A DNA stretch of 64,000 nt. Source: Candidatus Uhrbacteria bacterium. Lineage in GTDB: Bacteria; Patescibacteriota; Patescibacteriia; JACPHY01. Location of the stretch: contig JACPHY010000001.1 of assembly GCA_016188355.1 (NCBI GenBank), forward strand, positions 111,505 to 175,504, written 5' to 3'. Within the stretch, counting starts at the first letter, position 1. Each line of letters starts with the position of its first letter. The notes under the pieces are model-generated. The model did no database searches. It was not told where the DNA came from and saw only the letters and a list, made by a program, of their open reading frames with translations. Below are positions 48,401 through 57,013 of this stretch, piece by piece. The translations under genes were made by a program, and so were the position numbers.

Positions 48401-48412
48401 GCGTGATCCCAT
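45404..48412 (-). CDS. Large protein with C-terminal SLOG (LSDAT/TRPM-like) domain
   Basis: 1002-aa ORF. C-terminus has INIMGGC, PGTQSGM, VIGNGG.WT..EA...L, LVRNTGRFA. Confidence 0.65.
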   Translation of the reverse strand: MGSRPPESPPAAPVTPEIHAPEDDLRARLEDIFADRLRLRVQDAAPRVPIAPDSTLFPSPETCARFPTAVRILGFCNGHQGSALRALLIDPTARHETISYVRALFLWSQHAVTTSPVTLEQFPDIPIPELLETARDARDCYERLQFAAQHPEVTAATYPAALARACAQAIDLPPDARWIDMVDALFGTSDRETLLRRMLTNVGFLPTELLTKKRFRTIGAAPITESIAALRALEEEPALLHARTERAHLTAYFLRNGDATGLRTRRGHTPLTIDASGIRIDGEYLHTHLPYGLLSAELLATLQHNQWLPTDAAYHEARVRMHEQQNNRAAYVHVAAAQFDAFAAAWSLQEHQPPTLTQLTTEALRNPDAFSARCVRTNAIIPDLLFHALLQQGPSGAFAVLRIGDAVGAALAGERVRREAYRFSSHDLLHEQNTEYRSRVRLLYDPNYYNAAKAARAFLSAPPPEPTMTFVAFRGRYTTSEQHGQHGFVEAIADGQLARILVNEDRHLDAGHRRTLETLPLFAQDQYEHLEDALRTFRYFTHTVTTLEQIDTQRRGRWQERFHSYAETALHFLLTNATSYHASARRAFDALTTGSADAWSTTATAALLTLLRTAQQHYARFLYGNITTAMDFEQRFLPEVRPHEVIFGPSFLEAAAQHCNAAWGYAAALAQKPATIRTVALTHRTEDPSGTIPFHMEESILERLRLDRTRPLINIMGGCRAVGDMSHSTTNPLSQFADAVLTVAHAHRANVSVPGTQSGMGVTFGHANVEYQRTCGHLPKRERAHLFAISPGMSTYVPGNESWTNAAKNQDEVFAITPVDAILTPFEANWEYRGRDRWNASYVHHIRYMEALYARLSVDQPRVMVIGNGGFWTVAEAIASLEHGFDCMLVRNTGRFAECIAPIVESLDQVPLEDDPNTCTRYLLDCMSAVVTPDVLAEFQKKDFGCSIPGETADYEEYRRLVRLFLRTLRDRRARVRITTTATLAQELDEYLTKQHPIATPI

Positions 48413-48635
48413 GTGCGTCCTGCGTATTACGTTGCACTGCGCGCCGTGGCTCGGTCACGGCCAATCTGGTATTCTCCAGCATACCATGCCATTTTTATGG
48501 ATCGGTAGCGCATAGTCATTGACTGTTGTGCAGATACCTGGTACAGTGCGGTTGTTCATTTTCTTGAGAAAAAACGATACCAGTGCGTGGTGACCGTGCG
48601 GTGGCAGGCGATGCGCACTGAGGAGGAGACCGATA

Positions 48636-49601
48636 ATGGAACCGAGTAATCATGATGCTCCGGTGGTGCGGAGCGGCCGGCCGAAACCGGTTCTGCTCGC
48701 GGCGTTGACGCTCATCGGATTGGTGGTCGGCATCATCGTGTACGCGAAGGGATGTGGCGGCAGCAGCGACACGAAAGACGCGGGGTCGGATCGTGCACCG
48801 CCCGCAGCGCGCACCGTGCTCATGGATGCGTGTCTCGGTCTCTGGGGAAGTACCCAGGAGAACGCGCATGCGCGTTGGGACGCGGTGCGGACGGCGATGG
48901 CGCAGTACGCCGAACGTGACGATGCGTTGCCGGGGCTTGCGCAGATGACGGCGGGTCGACCGCTGGAAAGTGGGCTGGCTGTGTGTCAGACGCTCCTCAT
49001 GCAGGCACCGAGTGGCGATGCGCGGGCCGGGGCGTCGGGACCGATCGAACCGAGTGAGGTGCAGCGGGTTGCGTGGTTGCTCCTGCAGGATGCGGATCTC
49101 CGCGCATTGCTCGATGATGAGTATCGTCATGCGTGTGATGGGGAGCTCATGTACGCCGAGGCGAAAGTGACGGAACCGTCGCAGCCATGGTCGGGCGATC
49201 AGCGCGAAGCGTGGACGGAAGAGTGCGTACAGTGGCATCGTGGGAGTCGTTCGGGACAGGTGCCCGCATTGGTTCCTCCGCCTGCAGATGCGTCTCCCTC
49301 GATTCCGGTCGCGCCGCCTCCTGCGGAGCCTGCGATTCCCGCATGCGCAACGGAGGTGCTCCGGACGCACCACGATGCGATCGTCGATGCTAATGGCGAC
49401 CACGAGCGTGTATTGAAGTACGCGCGCGCGCTCGCCGGGTGCACGGCCGCAGCGAAACCGTGGGCGACGCTCGGATTGAGCGACGCGGATGCATTCTTCG
49501 ACCAGTTCGTGGCACCCATCAACCGCAAGCATCACTGGCTGCAGGAAGAGCAGCCCGACCTCTACGACGCTATCCTATCGCGGTGGTCGGCCGACGGTTG
49601 A
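48636..49601 (+). CDS. Hypothetical membrane-anchored Cys-containing protein
   Basis: AGGAGGAG SD, N-terminal TM helix, Pro-rich linker. Confidence 0.75.
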   Translation: MEPSNHDAPVVRSGRPKPVLLAALTLIGLVVGIIVYAKGCGGSSDTKDAGSDRAPPAARTVLMDACLGLWGSTQENAHARWDAVRTAMAQYAERDDALPGLAQMTAGRPLESGLAVCQTLLMQAPSGDARAGASGPIEPSEVQRVAWLLLQDADLRALLDDEYRHACDGELMYAEAKVTEPSQPWSGDQREAWTEECVQWHRGSRSGQVPALVPPPADASPSIPVAPPPAEPAIPACATEVLRTHHDAIVDANGDHERVLKYARALAGCTAAAKPWATLGLSDADAFFDQFVAPINRKHHWLQEEQPDLYDAILSRWSADG

Positions 49602-49607
49602 AGACGC

Positions 49608-49640
49608 AGAGGGGCAATCTCCGGATTGCCCCTCTTTCAT
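49608..49640 (+). terminator. Intrinsic terminator
   Basis: AGAGGGGCAATC / GATTGCCCCTCT followed by a T-rich tail. Confidence 0.75.
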
Positions 49641-49692
49641 TTGTTATTGATGCTTGACATGCGACCCCGCATTGTGTACCGTTTCGGCAGTT

Positions 49693-49708
49693 CGTTTCAT
49701 GTGGAACA
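49693..49708. promoter_or_regulatory. parS-like site CGTTTCATGTGGAACA
   Basis: Near match to the parS palindrome TGTTTCACGTGAAACA. Intergenic. Confidence 0.4.
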
Positions 49709-49750
49709 GGTGCCTAACGGATCTCGTTGGGCATCAGAAAGGAGGCGCGT

Positions 49751-52129
49751 ATGTGGCAGATGGTGCGACGCATCTGCGCGTGGGGCATGTGGGCGTTGGT
49801 GGTGGTGTCCCTCGGAGCGAGTGGTGCGGTGATTGCGCTCTTCGCGTATGCGTGGCGGCAGCTCCCCGATTTGGATTCCATTCGTATCGATCGGCTCGCG
49901 CAGGATGTCGTGGTGCTAGATCAGCGCCATCAACGGATTGATGTGCTGAAGCAGGAAGAGGATGGAGTGCATCGGGTGGTTGTCCCATACGGGGCCATTC
50001 ACCCGCATCTCATCGATGCGGTCATTGCCACGGAGGATTCGCGGTTCTGGGAGCATGAGGGCATGGATTTCTACGGTGCGGTTCGTGCGGGCATGGCGAC
50101 GCTGCGGGATCCCGATCACGTGCAGGGGGGGTCTACGATTTCGCAGCAGATCCTGAAGCTCTCGGTGCTCCGCGGGGAACACCGCGTGATTCGAAAAGCG
50201 GAAGAAGCGCTCCTTGCGGGTGCGCTGGAAGCACGATTCACCAAGAAGCAACTTCTTGAGCTCTATCTGAACACCGTGGATCTGGGCGAGGGGAATGCCG
50301 GAGTCGAAGCGGCGGCGCGTGAGCTCTTCGGGAAATCGGCATCAACCTTGACCCTTGCGGAAGCCGCGTTGCTCGTCGGGAAGATACAGGCACCGGAACG
50401 ATTTTCGCCATTCTGTGCGTACCAACGCACGCGAGATCGACAGGCGCACGTGTTGCGCCGGTTATCCGCGGTGGGGAAAATACCGTCGGCGACCGAGCAG
50501 GCCGCATTGCGTGCACCCATCTCCTTCGCGCTGGCGGACGCGGTGCCCGATGCCATGGATGTGGCGGGCGCAGTGGACGTGGTGCTGCGCGAGCAGGCAC
50601 TGGTGCCCGGCGATCGCGTGGTGACGACCATTGATCTCGCCCTGCAGACGCACGCCGCACGTGCGCTCCGCGCATCACTGCAGGAGTATGCGATGCGGAG
50701 TGGGGAACATCGTGGTCCGCGGGCAGTGCTCCCGGAACGTGGGCGCGTGTGGCGGCAGTCCCTCGCGGCGTTTCGGGCCACGCTTCGATCGTGGGGAACC
50801 GCGCCAAAGGCGTTGCTCGTGCATGATTTCCGTGCGCTGTCCTGGCCGACCGCGGCTACGCATCCGGCGTGTGCATTTGGGACGACCATCATTCGGCGTG
50901 CCGCGGCGAACGCGGTCGTTACGGGTGTGGTGACTGCCGTGGATCGCAACCGTGCGGTGCTGGATTTGGGCGATCTCCGGGGAACGATCGCGGCGAAGTC
51001 GATTGCATGGACCGGAAAGCCGCTTTCCGGGGTTGCTCCCTTGGGCGCCGTGGTGGACGTGCAGTTGCCTGCGACGCTCCCGGTGACCTCGGGGGCGACC
51101 GTCGCGGTGACCTTGGTGCCGCGTCCATTCGTCGAGGGTGCCGTAGTGGCACTGGTTCCGGAAACCGGAGCATTGCGCGCGGTCGTGGGTGGCGCGGAGA
51201 TGCGTCGTGGCGATCAGAACCGGGCCCTCGATGCGCGACGTCCCATCGGGTCGACGGTGAAACCGTTTGTGATCGCATCAGGATTCGCATTGGGCCTCTT
51301 CCGCGGCAACGACGTGGTGGAAGATGTGCCGATCGAATATGTGAATCCGGAGGATACCCGTCAACGGTGGACACCGCGCAACTGGTATCGCACCTACAAG
51401 GGCTCCATGCTGCTCACCGATGCAATGGCACAGTCGGTGAATGCGGTTGCGCATGCGACGACGTTGATGGTGGGCATTGATCGTGTCGCGCTCCTCGTGG
51501 AGGAGTTGTGTCCGGGTGATCCGATGCAGCGACTGCCCGCCTCCGGACTCGGCACATTCGATCGGTCCCCCATGGAACTGGCAACGGCGTTTGCGGCATT
51601 CGCACACGAAGGCCGCGTGCCGACGTGGCGTGTAGTGCAGCAGGTGCAGCGATCGGACAGTGACCTGCATCCACCCGCTACGGCAACGGCCGTGCTCGAT
51701 CCTCGCTTCGCGCGGACCATGGACGCGCTGCTTGCGCAGCCGGTGATGCATCCCGCGGGGACTGCGCATCGACTCGCACGACTGGGTCTCGGTATTCGAG
51801 GGAAGACCGGGACAACGAATGATGCGAAAGATGTGTGGTTCGTGGGATATCATCCGGAGCTGCTCGTCGCGGTATGGGTGGGATACGATGAGCCGAAATC
51901 ACTGCAGCATCGACGTGGCGGGGAGAGTGGCGCATCGCTCGCGGTACCGGTTGCGGAGGCGGTGTTCACGGCAGCTGCCGCGTGGGGATGGATACGGCCG
52001 GTGCCCATTCCTGATCTGGTCGTGGCCGAGTCTCCGCCGTTTGGTGTGGACGCGAGCGCGCGGCTGCGAGCGGCATTTGTACTTCGAGAACAGCGGTACG
52101 CGTATGGTGCTGCCGCGGAGGGAGAATAA
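49751..52129 (+). CDS. Class A penicillin-binding protein (PBP1A-like) with OB insert
   Basis: Transglycosylase motifs EDSRF, GGSTISQQ, RKAEE. Transpeptidase motifs STVK, SVN, KTGT. Confidence 0.92.
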   Translation: MWQMVRRICAWGMWALVVVSLGASGAVIALFAYAWRQLPDLDSIRIDRLAQDVVVLDQRHQRIDVLKQEEDGVHRVVVPYGAIHPHLIDAVIATEDSRFWEHEGMDFYGAVRAGMATLRDPDHVQGGSTISQQILKLSVLRGEHRVIRKAEEALLAGALEARFTKKQLLELYLNTVDLGEGNAGVEAAARELFGKSASTLTLAEAALLVGKIQAPERFSPFCAYQRTRDRQAHVLRRLSAVGKIPSATEQAALRAPISFALADAVPDAMDVAGAVDVVLREQALVPGDRVVTTIDLALQTHAARALRASLQEYAMRSGEHRGPRAVLPERGRVWRQSLAAFRATLRSWGTAPKALLVHDFRALSWPTAATHPACAFGTTIIRRAAANAVVTGVVTAVDRNRAVLDLGDLRGTIAAKSIAWTGKPLSGVAPLGAVVDVQLPATLPVTSGATVAVTLVPRPFVEGAVVALVPETGALRAVVGGAEMRRGDQNRALDARRPIGSTVKPFVIASGFALGLFRGNDVVEDVPIEYVNPEDTRQRWTPRNWYRTYKGSMLLTDAMAQSVNAVAHATTLMVGIDRVALLVEELCPGDPMQRLPASGLGTFDRSPMELATAFAAFAHEGRVPTWRVVQQVQRSDSDLHPPATATAVLDPRFARTMDALLAQPVMHPAGTAHRLARLGLGIRGKTGTTNDAKDVWFVGYHPELLVAVWVGYDEPKSLQHRRGGESGASLAVPVAEAVFTAAAAWGWIRPVPIPDLVVAESPPFGVDASARLRAAFVLREQRYAYGAAAEGE

Positions 52130-52130
52130 G

Positions 52131-52829
52131 ATGCGCATGCGATACGGAAACGTGGTGGGGATCATCGGTCTCGTCGTCGGGAGCCTCGGCGGCGGTGCGA
52201 TCATCGTGCAGCCGTGGTTATGGAAGGTCACCGGAAGGCCAGCGGCGGTGCCGAATGCCACCATGGAGTCTCCTGCGCCAGCTGAAGGCTGCGCGATTCC
52301 CGCGGTGGTCATCGAGCGATTCCCGGAATTTCTCCGCGAATATCGACGCACGGGACGCGGCGACCCGAAGAGATTCGGGCGGCGTATGTACGCGTGCGCG
52401 GTCGAGCGGAGTCGCGAGACGCCGTACGTGACGATGCTGCGAGACGCCGCGAAGACGAACGACAGCATCGCGCGCCTGGCGCTCGATGGCATCGCGCGGG
52501 CTACGTGCGATGCGCACGCGGCACTCGGCGGCGTGACGACCGCACATGCATCAGACGCATGCGTGCACGTCGTGAGCTTCATTGGTTCGGGGCAGGTGAC
52601 GGATGTACAGGAACGAGAACGTGCGGTTCGCGTGGCGAGTCGTGCATCGGTGCTGCGCGCGGGGCTATCGCTGCCACAGTTCATCGTGGGGGAGTTCTGT
52701 TCCGATCTCGCCGCACTCGCGCCGCGCACGCGCGATCGGTTGCTCGCCAGATATCCGGACTTGGACGTACTCCGTACGGACTACTGCGGCACCTCGACGG
52801 CAGTGTTGCTCCCCCATTCGGGAGAATAA
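52131..52829 (+). CDS. Hypothetical membrane-anchored Cys-rich protein
   Basis: Starts 1 nt after the PBP stop. TM helix, six Cys. Confidence 0.7.
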   Translation: MRMRYGNVVGIIGLVVGSLGGGAIIVQPWLWKVTGRPAAVPNATMESPAPAEGCAIPAVVIERFPEFLREYRRTGRGDPKRFGRRMYACAVERSRETPYVTMLRDAAKTNDSIARLALDGIARATCDAHAALGGVTTAHASDACVHVVSFIGSGQVTDVQERERAVRVASRASVLRAGLSLPQFIVGEFCSDLAALAPRTRDRLLARYPDLDVLRTDYCGTSTAVLLPHSGE

Positions 52830-52907
52830 GAGCAGCGCACGCGGCATGGCACAACGCCATGCCGCGTATTCATTCGCAAAAAAACGTGATACAACATTTT
52901 TATCCTT

Positions 52908-53945
52908 CTGCGTACCGATGCCTTTTCCTACGATTTGCCACCTGGGGTGATCGCGGAGCCTCCCGCGCGCCGGGATCGTTCGCGGTTACTCGTGCTGGAT
53001 CGCGATTCGGGTCGTATGTCCGATCGCGGTATTCGTGATCTCCCGGAGCTTTTGCGGCCGGGTGATGGTGTCGTGCTCAATGATACGAAAGTGTTCCGCG
53101 CGCGCCTCGCGGCAACCGTGGACGGCAAAGCGGTGGAGCTCCTCCTCATTCGACCGGATGGGGATGCATGGATCGTGCTCGCACGTCCCGGCCGTCGGCT
53201 TCGTCCTGGGTGCGTGGTGCTGGTGGGTGCGTTGCGCGGCACGGTGTGCGCCGTGGTTGCGGATGGATCGTATCGCATCGCATTTGATCGGCCGCCGGAA
53301 CGGGTGATCGCCTACGCGAATCGGGTGGGGAGCATTCCGACCCCGCCGTATATTCAGGGATCGGTGCACCGGATCGCGGAATATCAAACGGCCTATGCGC
53401 GCCACGTGGGTTCTGTTGCGGCGCCCACGGCCGGATTCCATCTGACCCCGCGCCTGCTCCGTGCGTTGCGCGCGCGCGGCATCCATGTGGTTCGGGTGAC
53501 GCTGCATGTGGGTATTGGCACCTTCCAGCCCATCCGCGCGGAACGCCTCGAAGCGCACACGATGCACGCGGAGTGGGTCGCCATCACGCCGCGAGCGGCG
53601 GCTCGCATTCGCGCCATTCAACATGCGGGTGGTCGGGTGGTGGCCATCGGCACGACGACGCTCCGCGCGCTCGAGGGCGTCGCGCAACAACAGGATGCGC
53701 CACTCCAGCCATATACCGGTTTGGTGCGCCTCTTCATCACCCCGGGATTTCGTTTCCGGATCGTCGATGTGCTGCTCACGAATTTTCATCTTCCCCGCTC
53801 TACGTTGCTCGTTCTCGTTTCCGCATTTGCTGCGCCGGGCCGTCGCGGATATCGCGGCCGCGATTTCGTGCTCCGCGCGTACCGTGCCGCGATCCGGAAG
53901 GGATATCGATTTTATTCATTCGGAGACGCGATGTTGCTGCGGTAG
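52908..53945 (+). CDS. queA: S-adenosylmethionine:tRNA ribosyltransferase-isomerase (probable CTG start)
   Basis: (M)RTDAFSYDLP..IA.PP.RRDRSRLL, NDTKV, PPYI, YQT, AAPTAG.H, TLHVG.GTF, TNFHLPRSTL, YRFYSFGDAM. Confidence 0.95.
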   Translation: MRTDAFSYDLPPGVIAEPPARRDRSRLLVLDRDSGRMSDRGIRDLPELLRPGDGVVLNDTKVFRARLAATVDGKAVELLLIRPDGDAWIVLARPGRRLRPGCVVLVGALRGTVCAVVADGSYRIAFDRPPERVIAYANRVGSIPTPPYIQGSVHRIAEYQTAYARHVGSVAAPTAGFHLTPRLLRALRARGIHVVRVTLHVGIGTFQPIRAERLEAHTMHAEWVAITPRAAARIRAIQHAGGRVVAIGTTTLRALEGVAQQQDAPLQPYTGLVRLFITPGFRFRIVDVLLTNFHLPRSTLLVLVSAFAAPGRRGYRGRDFVLRAYRAAIRKGYRFYSFGDAMLLR

Positions 53946-53998
53946 CGTCCGATCGTGCTCGATGCGCCGTGGTATAGTGGATCTCTTGCGTCCACGAT

Positions 53999-55261
53999 AT
54001 GCGATCCGCATCTCGGACCTTGTTTCGATTCCTGCCGCTGTGGGTGTTCGTTTTCATATTCAAAATTGGTGCGGGCATGCACTACGCGCTATTCACGCCA
54101 CTCGCGGAGCGTGTGCTCCCGTTGCCGATCGTGGGCGTGCTCGTCGCAGGTGCTGCGTTGGGCCAGCTCCTGCTCGATGTTCCTGCCGGATTGTTGTTGG
54201 ATCGATACGGATACGTCCGCTTGCTGCGGTATACGACCATCTGTTTTTTGCTGGCCGGCATAGTTTTCGGTTTCGGCCTCTCCCCATGGGTGCTCGTGGT
54301 GTCCTTGGTGATTTCTATCGGGGGTTGGTTATTTTTTGACCCCGGGATTGCCGCATACCTGCTCACGCATACCCCGGCCGGTATTGCTGGTCGGGTCATG
54401 TCCTTCCGCGATGTGGTGGAGGCGGGGGGTTTGCTCTGTTCTGTAGTGGCGCTGGCCTGGCTGCTGGCACTGCCGCTTCCTATCCTTGGCGCGCTGCTCG
54501 CGTTGCTCTTTTCCATTGCGCTGGTGGCGCTCGGTTTTTTGCCAAAAGAAACACGTCCCGTACCTGCGGGGAGTGCCCTATCTACACGGCATTACTTCAT
54601 CCGTCGGCGTTTCGTGGTGGCACATCTCCGCTCGGTGCTCCGTCGATTCAATCCCGCGAGTACCATGCTCCTGGTGAGTGGATTTAGTTCGACCGTTTTT
54701 TACGGCATATTGTGGTTCGTGGTGCCGCTCATGGTCGCGCGCGGTACCCAATCGGGTATTCCCAGTGCGGGGTTGGCGGTATTTGATATTGCCGTGATCG
54801 TTTCCGGATTTTTCTTGGGTCGTCTCGCGGATCGATGGAATCGGGGGCTGCTCGTTCTGGTGGGTTTGTTCATCTTCGCGGTCGCGGGGACGATGTTGGG
54901 TTTTTCGTTAGGCGTTTGGTTCCTCCTGCTTGGGTTTTTGACGACCGCGGGAGAGGAGATGGCGAGTGTGGCGCTCTGGGCGTGGCTCCATCAACTCGAT
55001 CGCGATCATACGGAAGATGCGTTCGTTGCGGGGACGGTCATCATGATTCGGGACATGGGATGGATGGTGGGTCCGTTGCTTGCCGGATTTCTCTTTGGGG
55101 CGGTGGGGCCCGAATGGACGATTGCAGTGGGTGCCTGCTTTGTTTTTGTTGCGTGGGGTGTCGCGGTGGGGAAATTGGGTACGCATCATTTCCGCGCATT
55201 GTTGCGCCAGCCGCTCGCCGCGATACCCACATATCCGCATCGACGACGACATAAGGGATAA
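53999..55261 (+). CDS. MFS transporter
   Basis: About 12 TM segments, G.LLDRYG and GRLADRW motifs. Confidence 0.88.
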   Translation: MRSASRTLFRFLPLWVFVFIFKIGAGMHYALFTPLAERVLPLPIVGVLVAGAALGQLLLDVPAGLLLDRYGYVRLLRYTTICFLLAGIVFGFGLSPWVLVVSLVISIGGWLFFDPGIAAYLLTHTPAGIAGRVMSFRDVVEAGGLLCSVVALAWLLALPLPILGALLALLFSIALVALGFLPKETRPVPAGSALSTRHYFIRRRFVVAHLRSVLRRFNPASTMLLVSGFSSTVFYGILWFVVPLMVARGTQSGIPSAGLAVFDIAVIVSGFFLGRLADRWNRGLLVLVGLFIFAVAGTMLGFSLGVWFLLLGFLTTAGEEMASVALWAWLHQLDRDHTEDAFVAGTVIMIRDMGWMVGPLLAGFLFGAVGPEWTIAVGACFVFVAWGVAVGKLGTHHFRALLRQPLAAIPTYPHRRRHKG

Positions 55262-55278
55262 GCGGGTGCGTAACGGGA

Positions 55279-55311
55279 CCACCCCCCTGCCGAGATGGCG
55301 GAGGGGGTGGT
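55279..55311 (+). terminator. Terminator after MFS gene
   Basis: ACCACCCCC(C)TGCC / GGCGGAGGGGGTGGT followed by GTTTT. Confidence 0.6.
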
Positions 55312-55348
55312 GTTTTGGATATCCACAGCGTTGTCCTTGACCTGCTGC

Positions 55349-55377
55349 TGGAATGTTCGGTTTTTGTTCGGTACTCT
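55349..55377 (+). promoter_or_regulatory. lexA promoter with putative LexA operator (TGTTCGG direct repeat; GTTC-N7-GTTC)
   Basis: TGTTCGG at 55354 and 55365 fills the 17-nt spacer between TGGAAT (-35) and TACTCT (-10). Confidence 0.6.
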
Positions 55378-55412
55378 GGAAGAGGGATCAATGCAGCGGC
55401 GGGATGATTGTT

Positions 55413-56018
55413 ATGGCACTGACCAAACGACAGCATCAGGTACTCGCATTTATCATCAATTACGTTCGCGAGCACGAGTACGCGCCTTCCATTCGAGAAA
55501 TTGCGCAGGGATTGGGCGTGGCGTCGCCGGCGACCGTTCATGAGCACTTGGAATCATTGCGGCAGAGCGGATATCTCGCAGGATCGGGATCGCGTGCGTG
55601 TCTGCCCACTCGAGCGACATTGGGCATCGGCAAGGCATTCGAGTTGCCGCTCCTGGGGACCATTGCTGCGGGCGCACCCATCGAAGCCGTCGAAACCCGC
55701 GAAGCGATCGCGGTACCCGCAGACTTCGTGGTGGACGGTATGAATTCCTATGTGCTCCGCGTCCGCGGCGATTCCATGATTGAGGAGGGTATTTTTGATG
55801 GTGATTACGTGGTGGTAGAACGGAACCCATCACCGAAGAACGGGGAGGTGGTGGTTGCGCTCCTCGACAACGCATTTGCCACATTGAAAAAGTTTTACCG
55901 CGAGCGCGGTCGCATCCGTCTCCAACCCGCGAATGCCACGATGCGTCCTATCTTTGTTCGTGACTGCATTGTGCAGGGAGTCGTACGCGCCGTGATCCGA
56001 AAATACGCAGCCGCATAG
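55413..56018 (+). CDS. lexA: SOS repressor LexA
   Basis: LTKRQ..VL.FI, PSIREIA, AAG cleavage site, VRGDSM, TLKKF, LQPAN. Confidence 0.96.
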   Translation: MALTKRQHQVLAFIINYVREHEYAPSIREIAQGLGVASPATVHEHLESLRQSGYLAGSGSRACLPTRATLGIGKAFELPLLGTIAAGAPIEAVETREAIAVPADFVVDGMNSYVLRVRGDSMIEEGIFDGDYVVVERNPSPKNGEVVVALLDNAFATLKKFYRERGRIRLQPANATMRPIFVRDCIVQGVVRAVIRKYAAA

Positions 56019-56026
56019 GGGGTACG

Positions 56027-56284
56027 ATGCCCCCACTCCCCTGTATGCCTCCTCGATATGATGAACCCGTAGAAGTGCTCGCGCTCTTCACGCATGCCGG
56101 TATTCGTCCCTATCGCATGAAATGGGGAAGTCGCGAGTATGGCCCCTTGCAGGTCCATCTCTCGCACACGGTGCGCAATGGCCAGCGGCAATGGCATGTG
56201 TTCTCCGTCTCTGATCCCGCAAACGTTTTCACCATCGCCTTCGACCCCCTCGCGCTGCGTTGGCAGCTCTGGGATCAGCGATGA
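56027..56284 (+). CDS. Small SOS-associated protein (DUF6504-like)
   Basis: E.VEV..., P..MKW..R.Y, FSV, FD...L.W.L. Coupled to lexA and the exonuclease gene. Confidence 0.65.
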   Translation: MPPLPCMPPRYDEPVEVLALFTHAGIRPYRMKWGSREYGPLQVHLSHTVRNGQRQWHVFSVSDPANVFTIAFDPLALRWQLWDQR

Positions 56285-57012
56285 ATATGCACACGCTCAT
56301 CTTCGACATTGAAACGGTCGGCGAGGATTTTGATGCGATGGATGCGACCACACAGGAGGTGATGACGAAGTGGGTGCGGGAGAGTGTTCGGGATGAGGAG
56401 GAGTACACGCAAGAGTTGGCGCGACTGAAGGGACGCCTCGGATTCTCGCCGTTTACAGGTACGATTGTGGCCATCGGCACGCTCGATGCAGATTCTGGGA
56501 AGGGTGGGGTTTATTTTCAAGCACCGGAGAAAGAACCGGAGGTGTTCGAGGAGGATAGTGTGAAATTCGAGCCAATGGACGAACGTCGCATGCTGGAGAA
56601 ATTTTGGGAGGTGGCACAGTACGCACGGGTGTTGGTGGGATTCAATAGTCGCGGATTTGATGCGCCATTTTTGATCATGCGTTCTGCGGTGCACCGTATC
56701 ACGCCGACGGTTCCGCTTATGGCGGGGCGCTATCTCTACCAACAGCGTGGAGTGAAGCATGTGGACCTCATGGATCAACTGCAGTTTTATGGCTCCGTGT
56801 GGAAGCGTCCGAATCTCCATCTCGTCACCCGTGCCTTTGGCATCGAGAGCCCCAAAGCTGATGGGGTGACGGGTGATGATGTTGCGCCATTATTTCAGTC
56901 GGGTGACTACGAGACGATTGCACGATACAATCTCCGTGACCTCCGCGCGACGCGCGAGCTTTACCGTGTCTGGCAGTCGTGCATTCATCCGGCGACGGGG
57001 GAACCGTACTGA
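56281..57012 (+). CDS. PolB-like 3'-5' exonuclease (RNase H fold)
   Basis: FDIET, GFNSRGFDAP, HVDL, IARYN.RD. Paralog of 5998-6666. Confidence 0.87.
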   Translation: MNMHTLIFDIETVGEDFDAMDATTQEVMTKWVRESVRDEEEYTQELARLKGRLGFSPFTGTIVAIGTLDADSGKGGVYFQAPEKEPEVFEEDSVKFEPMDERRMLEKFWEVAQYARVLVGFNSRGFDAPFLIMRSAVHRITPTVPLMAGRYLYQQRGVKHVDLMDQLQFYGSVWKRPNLHLVTRAFGIESPKADGVTGDDVAPLFQSGDYETIARYNLRDLRATRELYRVWQSCIHPATGEPY

Positions 57013-57013
57013 T

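Noticed and set aside
55319-55327. ATATCCACA (also TGTGGATAT at ~23275) as DnaA boxes/oriC
   Set aside because: These are isolated single-mismatch boxes, with no cluster, no AT-rich unwinding region and no dnaA.
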